From Salpingoeca rosetta (Eukaryota > Protista > Choanoflagellata): DNA of 64,000 nucleotides. A program made the translations under genes and the position numbers. The notes beneath the pieces were generated by a model. It saw only the letters and a program-made list of their open reading frames with translations, had not been told where the DNA came from and did not search any database. The DNA lies in assembly GCA_033442325.1 (NCBI GenBank), contig JAWQFM010000014.1, positions 157,263-221,262 on the forward strand. The letters run 5' to 3'. The stretch's first letter is position 1. Each line of letters begins with the position of its first letter. This document shows, in pieces, positions 59,537 to 64,000 of this stretch.

Positions 59537-62500
59537 TCACGCACATGCAACCGCTGCGCCTGCTGTGCAGCCATCAGCGTGATTGGGCGTGGCCTAGCTG
59601 TTGCGTGGGCGGCGCAGGACGTATTCACACCGCTCCTGCCAACAATCGCCGCTTTCACAAAGGCAACACTTGCGCCCCTCACCTTCCAGCAGCGCGCTGC
59701 TGTCATCTCACAGCACGTTGTGGACTCGTTTAGAGGTGAGCTGGAAGCACCGCCCAGTTGCTTCGTGTGCGATTGCAGTTGCGTGTGTGCGTGTGTGCGT
59801 GTGTGCGTGTGTGCGTGTGTGCGTGTGTACATTATTTGGACGTGTTGATGGATGGCGGTGTCACGCGTGTGCGCTTGTGATGAAGTGTGTGCATATGCTC
59901 TCACACCCTCCCATGTTTTGTGATCGTGCTCGCAGCGTTTTGGTTCCACGTGACCATGCTCCGCCTGTTTGATCTCACGGGCGACGAGAACGAGGTGTCG
60001 GCATTGTTCCAGGCTGCTTGCATGCACCAAAATGAGGCCTTGCCTGCTTGCCTTCTTGCTGTTACCCGTGTCACGTCCGCGTGTGCTCATTGCGATGTCT
60101 GCTCACCGCCCATGCGTGCCCATGTACACAACATGCACATACATGCACATACCTGCACATACATCCACATTCATCAAAACCCCGCCTTCCTGGTTCTGTT
60201 GTCAGGGCGCCAAGAAAGCGCTGCGGGACATTGCGCTGTACAGCCCCGTGCTTGTTGACGAGCGAGCAAAGCACTACCTCAAGGCCCAACTCATGTCCAG
60301 TGTAGAGTACATCGAGGATAAGGTTGATGCCAAGGAGCTTAGTAGCCTTCAGTCCCGCCTGCACAAGTCGCTCTCGTGGCATTCCCTGCACACACCCGAT
60401 GTGCACCGCCTGGAGTTTGCAACCACCCTCTACGCTCTCGCCGTGTTTGAAGTCGAGGTGCGTGTAAATGTGTATGAATGTGTGTGTGAATGTGTATGAA
60501 TGTGTGTGAATGAGAGAGAGAGTGTGTGTGTGTGCGTGCGTGTTTGTGGGTGGGTGCGCGTGCCTGCAAGTGTGCATGCGTGTTTGTGAATGTGCGCTGT
60601 GTGTGAGTGCACGGATTGTGCAGTTTTGAACTGAAGCGTTTCTCTTAACTGGACCTGTCACACTTGTCTGCTTTTGTCGATTTTTCTTTTTCATCGGCCG
60701 ACATGTGCTCACGATGATGGCGCATTCAAAATGCACTCTGCAGTCGCGGCGCCTGTGCAGGAGGGGCGGCAACTTCTTTGAAACGTTTCATTACATCGAA
60801 GACAAAGGACAGCACCACGAGTCACGCCTCCCAGCCATGCGCATCCTCCTTGACGTCCTCTTCCAGCAGCATGTCGAGTACCTTGCATCCCAGCGCAGGT
60901 GTGTATTGTCACGTGTGGACATGTGCGACTGTGTGTGTGTGAATTTGTGTGCGTGTGTGAATTTATGAATGTCTTTGTGCACGTGTGTTCATTGCACGTG
61001 TGTTTCATGTGCAGTGTGTTTCACGTACACGTGTTTGTGTGTTGAGCATGTTTGCGTCATGTTCATTTCATTGCGAGGTGCATAGTGTCTGTTCTTAACC
61101 CCATCTCTTACGTCTCTCACTTATCAACAACTCCAAACACACCACCTTTTCCTCTCTCCCTTTCACCGCCAGCGGCCGCGAGAAGCTGAAGATTCTTGAA
61201 GACACGGCCATTTTTCTCATCATCAAGTTCAACCACCGCGTCAAGATCGTCAAGCAGATGGCAGACCAGTTCCTCTCCCTCCTCACAGAGAGGTCACACC
61301 CGCGAGAAGAGAGAGAGGGGGGGGGGATGAGTCCACGTGTGTGTTGTGTGTGCATTCCTGCGCGTTTGAGTATGTGTGCGTGCGTGTGTGTTTATGTGTG
61401 TGTGCGTGCGTGTATGTGTGTGTGTGCGTGCGTGTATGTGCGTGCGTGCGTGCGTGTATGTGTGTGTGTGTGTGATAAGTTGGGCTCCATCCCTGGCATG
61501 CTCGCTTCCTCACAGCCCGACACAAACACATCACAAACACATCACAACCTCACGCACACCAACTCAACCTCTGCCCTGACAGGTTCCCGCATCTGCTGTG
61601 GAGCATGCGCGTGATTGTGGAAATGTTGAATTTTCTTCAAGCCATTCACGAAACGTCGATGCGGCCCGATGCTCCGATTGGGCAGCAGGTCACCGTCACC
61701 ATCTCCTGCCCGCCATACACACACGTCATGCCATCCACACAGGAGACAAGGTAATGTGGGCTCGTAAACGGCCTGATGTTGTTGTTGTGCTTGTCATGCT
61801 GGCATGGCACGTGCTCTGTCAATACTTTGCGCGTCTGTGTGCTGAAATGCATGATGGATACCCCACTGCTGCATGTGTACTCACCACGTGACCATGCCAA
61901 TGCTGCCTGCATCCTCCCTCCGGTGACTGCCCTGTGGCGTACGATGCGCGTGACATCAGGACGGAGATTGTGAAGGACTTTGTGTCGCACTGCTCCGCCA
62001 TTCTGCAGCAGGCGCTGTCACACTCGGCAGTTGATGCCCTCGCCACCATCCAGCAATACATTTCACAGCTCCAGCGCACCGCCACCAAGAAGGACCACGC
62101 AGGACTGCAGATGGCGCTCCAAGCCATCGCCGCCTATCCTTCGGACATGCCGTCCTCTTTCCTCTCCACGTTTGGGCCCTCCCTCGCCCTCCAAAACCAT
62201 TACTCAGGTGCACAGCCTGTTGTGCGTGATGTGCGCGTGTTGTGCGCGTGTACTTGTTTGTGTGCGTGTGCGTGTTTGAGTGCTGTGCATGCTGTGCGCA
62301 TGTGCTGTGCAACATGAATCTTCTCTCGAAGCGACTGCACTTACCAAAGGCCACTGGGAATGCGGTGCAGGCCAGCTGCAGGGTGTGCTGCTTGCTGCCT
62401 CTGTGACGGTGCACGGCAGCAAAGGCACTGCGCGCGATATTGCCCGTGCAGACACCACGCCAATGGTCGACCCCGTCAAGTCCGACGAGGACTCCTACGG

Positions 62501-63333
62501 TGTGTTCATACGTGTGTGCGTACGTATGTGTATGTGTGTGATCGTATGTGTGTTTACGTGGTTGTGTGCGTGTGTGTGTTTTCGTGGTTTTGTGCGTGTG
62601 TGTGTGTGTTTTCGTGTTTGTGATTACGGGTCGCTTTATTGTTGTGCAACATGCCTCTCATGCATGTGCTACAACGCTTTCTCACCATCCACTTATCCAC
62701 TCACCCATCCACTCACCCATCTCACATACACTCTTTCGCGTTCAACCAGCCCGGAGCACGCGGCTGGAGACGCCGAGCGTGGTAGTCGGCCTGTCGTCCT
62801 GGGCCGAGCGGGTGCTGGGCCGCCTCAAGTACATCAGCGCCCGCCTCTTCGCGGATAAGGACGATGCATCGCAGGAGCAGCAGGTGCGCACACTCCGTGT
62901 TTTGTGTGTGTGTGTGTGCGTGTGTGTGCGCGCGCGCGCACTGCGTGTTTTGTGTGTGTGTGTGTGTGCGTGTGTGTGTGTGCGTGTGTGTGCGCGCGCG
63001 TGTTTTGTGTGTGTGTGTGCGTGTGTGTGTGTGTGTGCGTGTGTGTGTAGCAATGTGGTTGACTTTCAGTGAATTTGTGCATGTGTTGAGTGACTCATGG
63101 TTTTGCGTGCTGCTGCTGGTGATTGCTGGATGTGCACGTGGTGTGTGTGTGTGTGTGTGCAGGATGCGTGGATGGAGCAGCTGCAAGAGGCCATGTACCA
63201 AGCAACCGCTATCCTTGGTGAGAGTTGCTGCTCCCATTGCTGTGTCTCTGCACAAGCTGCTCCTGTTTGTCCTCCACGTCTCTCTGCCTCTCACGTCATG
63301 CACTCTACATGTGCGCGTGTGCATGCTCACCTC

Positions 63334-63370
<37 letters not shown>

Positions 63371-64000
63371 CTCTGCGCGCGTGTGTTGGTGCGTGTATGC
63401 GTGCGTCATTATCTTTCCCTCCGCGCCTGCAGTGTTCCGGCCGCCCGGCTGGGATCCGCTGTCCCACCGCACGTCAACGCTCTCTGCCACGATGATCGAC
63501 GTTCTGGTGTGGGCGCCGGTCAAGCTCAACTCTGTTCCGGCCATGACAACGGCGGTGGCGTGCTGGTCCTGGCTCGTCTCCTCCCGTCCCGAGATGGAAA
63601 CACGCATTGTACGAGGCCTTGATCTTGGCTTGAGACGCACACAGTTTGCGGCGTGTGTGTGTTTGTGTTTGCGGCGTGTGTGTGCTTATTTGTGTGTGTG
63701 CATGCGTGAACATGAAGCATGGAGGAAGTGGTGTGGTTTCAACTGCCTGAAGAGTTTGCATGCGAATGCATTTACCTTCCTCATGGGTGCGTCTCTCCTT
63801 CTCTCCCATTTCGGCCCTGCAGCTGTGTGCGATGGAAGCGGCGTGGTCGTGGACGATTGAGAATCGCGTTGGCCTCTTCAGCTCCGACCACGGCCATTCC
63901 CAGGGCCGCGAAGAGGTGCACTCGTGCGTGCATGTGTATGTTTGTGAGTGTGTGCGTGTGTGCGTGTGTGAGTGTGTGAGTGTGTGCGTGTGTGCGTGTG
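54000..64000 (+). CDS. PI4KA: Phosphatidylinositol 4-kinase alpha (PI4KA/STT4), N-terminal helical region; 3'-partial
   Basis: Many short exons from a candidate ATG at 54000. Diagnostic peptides: LEDTAIFLIIKFNHRVKIVKQMADQFLSLL (61172-61291); FPHLLWSMRVIVEMLNFLQ (from 61583); IVKDFVSHCSAILQQAL; FWFHVTMLRL; LVWAPVKL..AMTTAVACWSWLVSSRP; MEAAWSWTIENRVGLFS. The kinase domain lies beyond the window. Confidence 0.85.
59022..59458. repeat. (CATA)n tetranucleotide microsatellite in PI4KA intron
   Basis: About 430 bp of CATA units with a few CACA interruptions. Confidence 0.95.

Noticed and set aside
58663-59848. HTYI-repeat proteins of 300+ aa
   Set aside because: Translation of the intronic (CATA)n microsatellite.

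Overview
Eukaryotic, intron-rich, microsatellite-laden DNA with three assembly gaps. The style (GC-rich exons, (CA)n/(GT)n-filled introns, poly-Q/N/D proteins, holozoan-type signalling domains) suggests a choanoflagellate such as Salpingoeca; this is an inference. I spliced genes by hand using GT-AG sites and phase continuity and can support about 14 protein-coding genes. In order: a 5'-partial sulfatase with a ricin-B-like tail; a hypothetical protein; ADAT3/TAD3; a CAP-Gly coiled-coil protein; a MARK-like pseudokinase with UBA; a low-complexity K/H- and E-rich protein; UBL5/Hub1; a ~2,080-aa PX-SAM-PH-actin-fold fusion; an SPX-ankyrin-GDPD (Gde1-like) protein; a small ankyrin protein; a TM-LRR protein; an SH3/polyproline/P-Rex-type PH/PDZ adaptor; a triple-C2 coiled-coil protein; and the 5' part of PI4KA. 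No rRNA, tRNA, CRISPR array or transposon could be supported. The strongest candidate for an undescribed system is the giant actin-fold fusion carrying membrane-binding domains and endocytic motifs. Next are the pseudokinase that may be fused to the CAP-Gly ORF and the DH-less P-Rex-like adaptor. All family assignments come from motif recognition by eye, not database searches.
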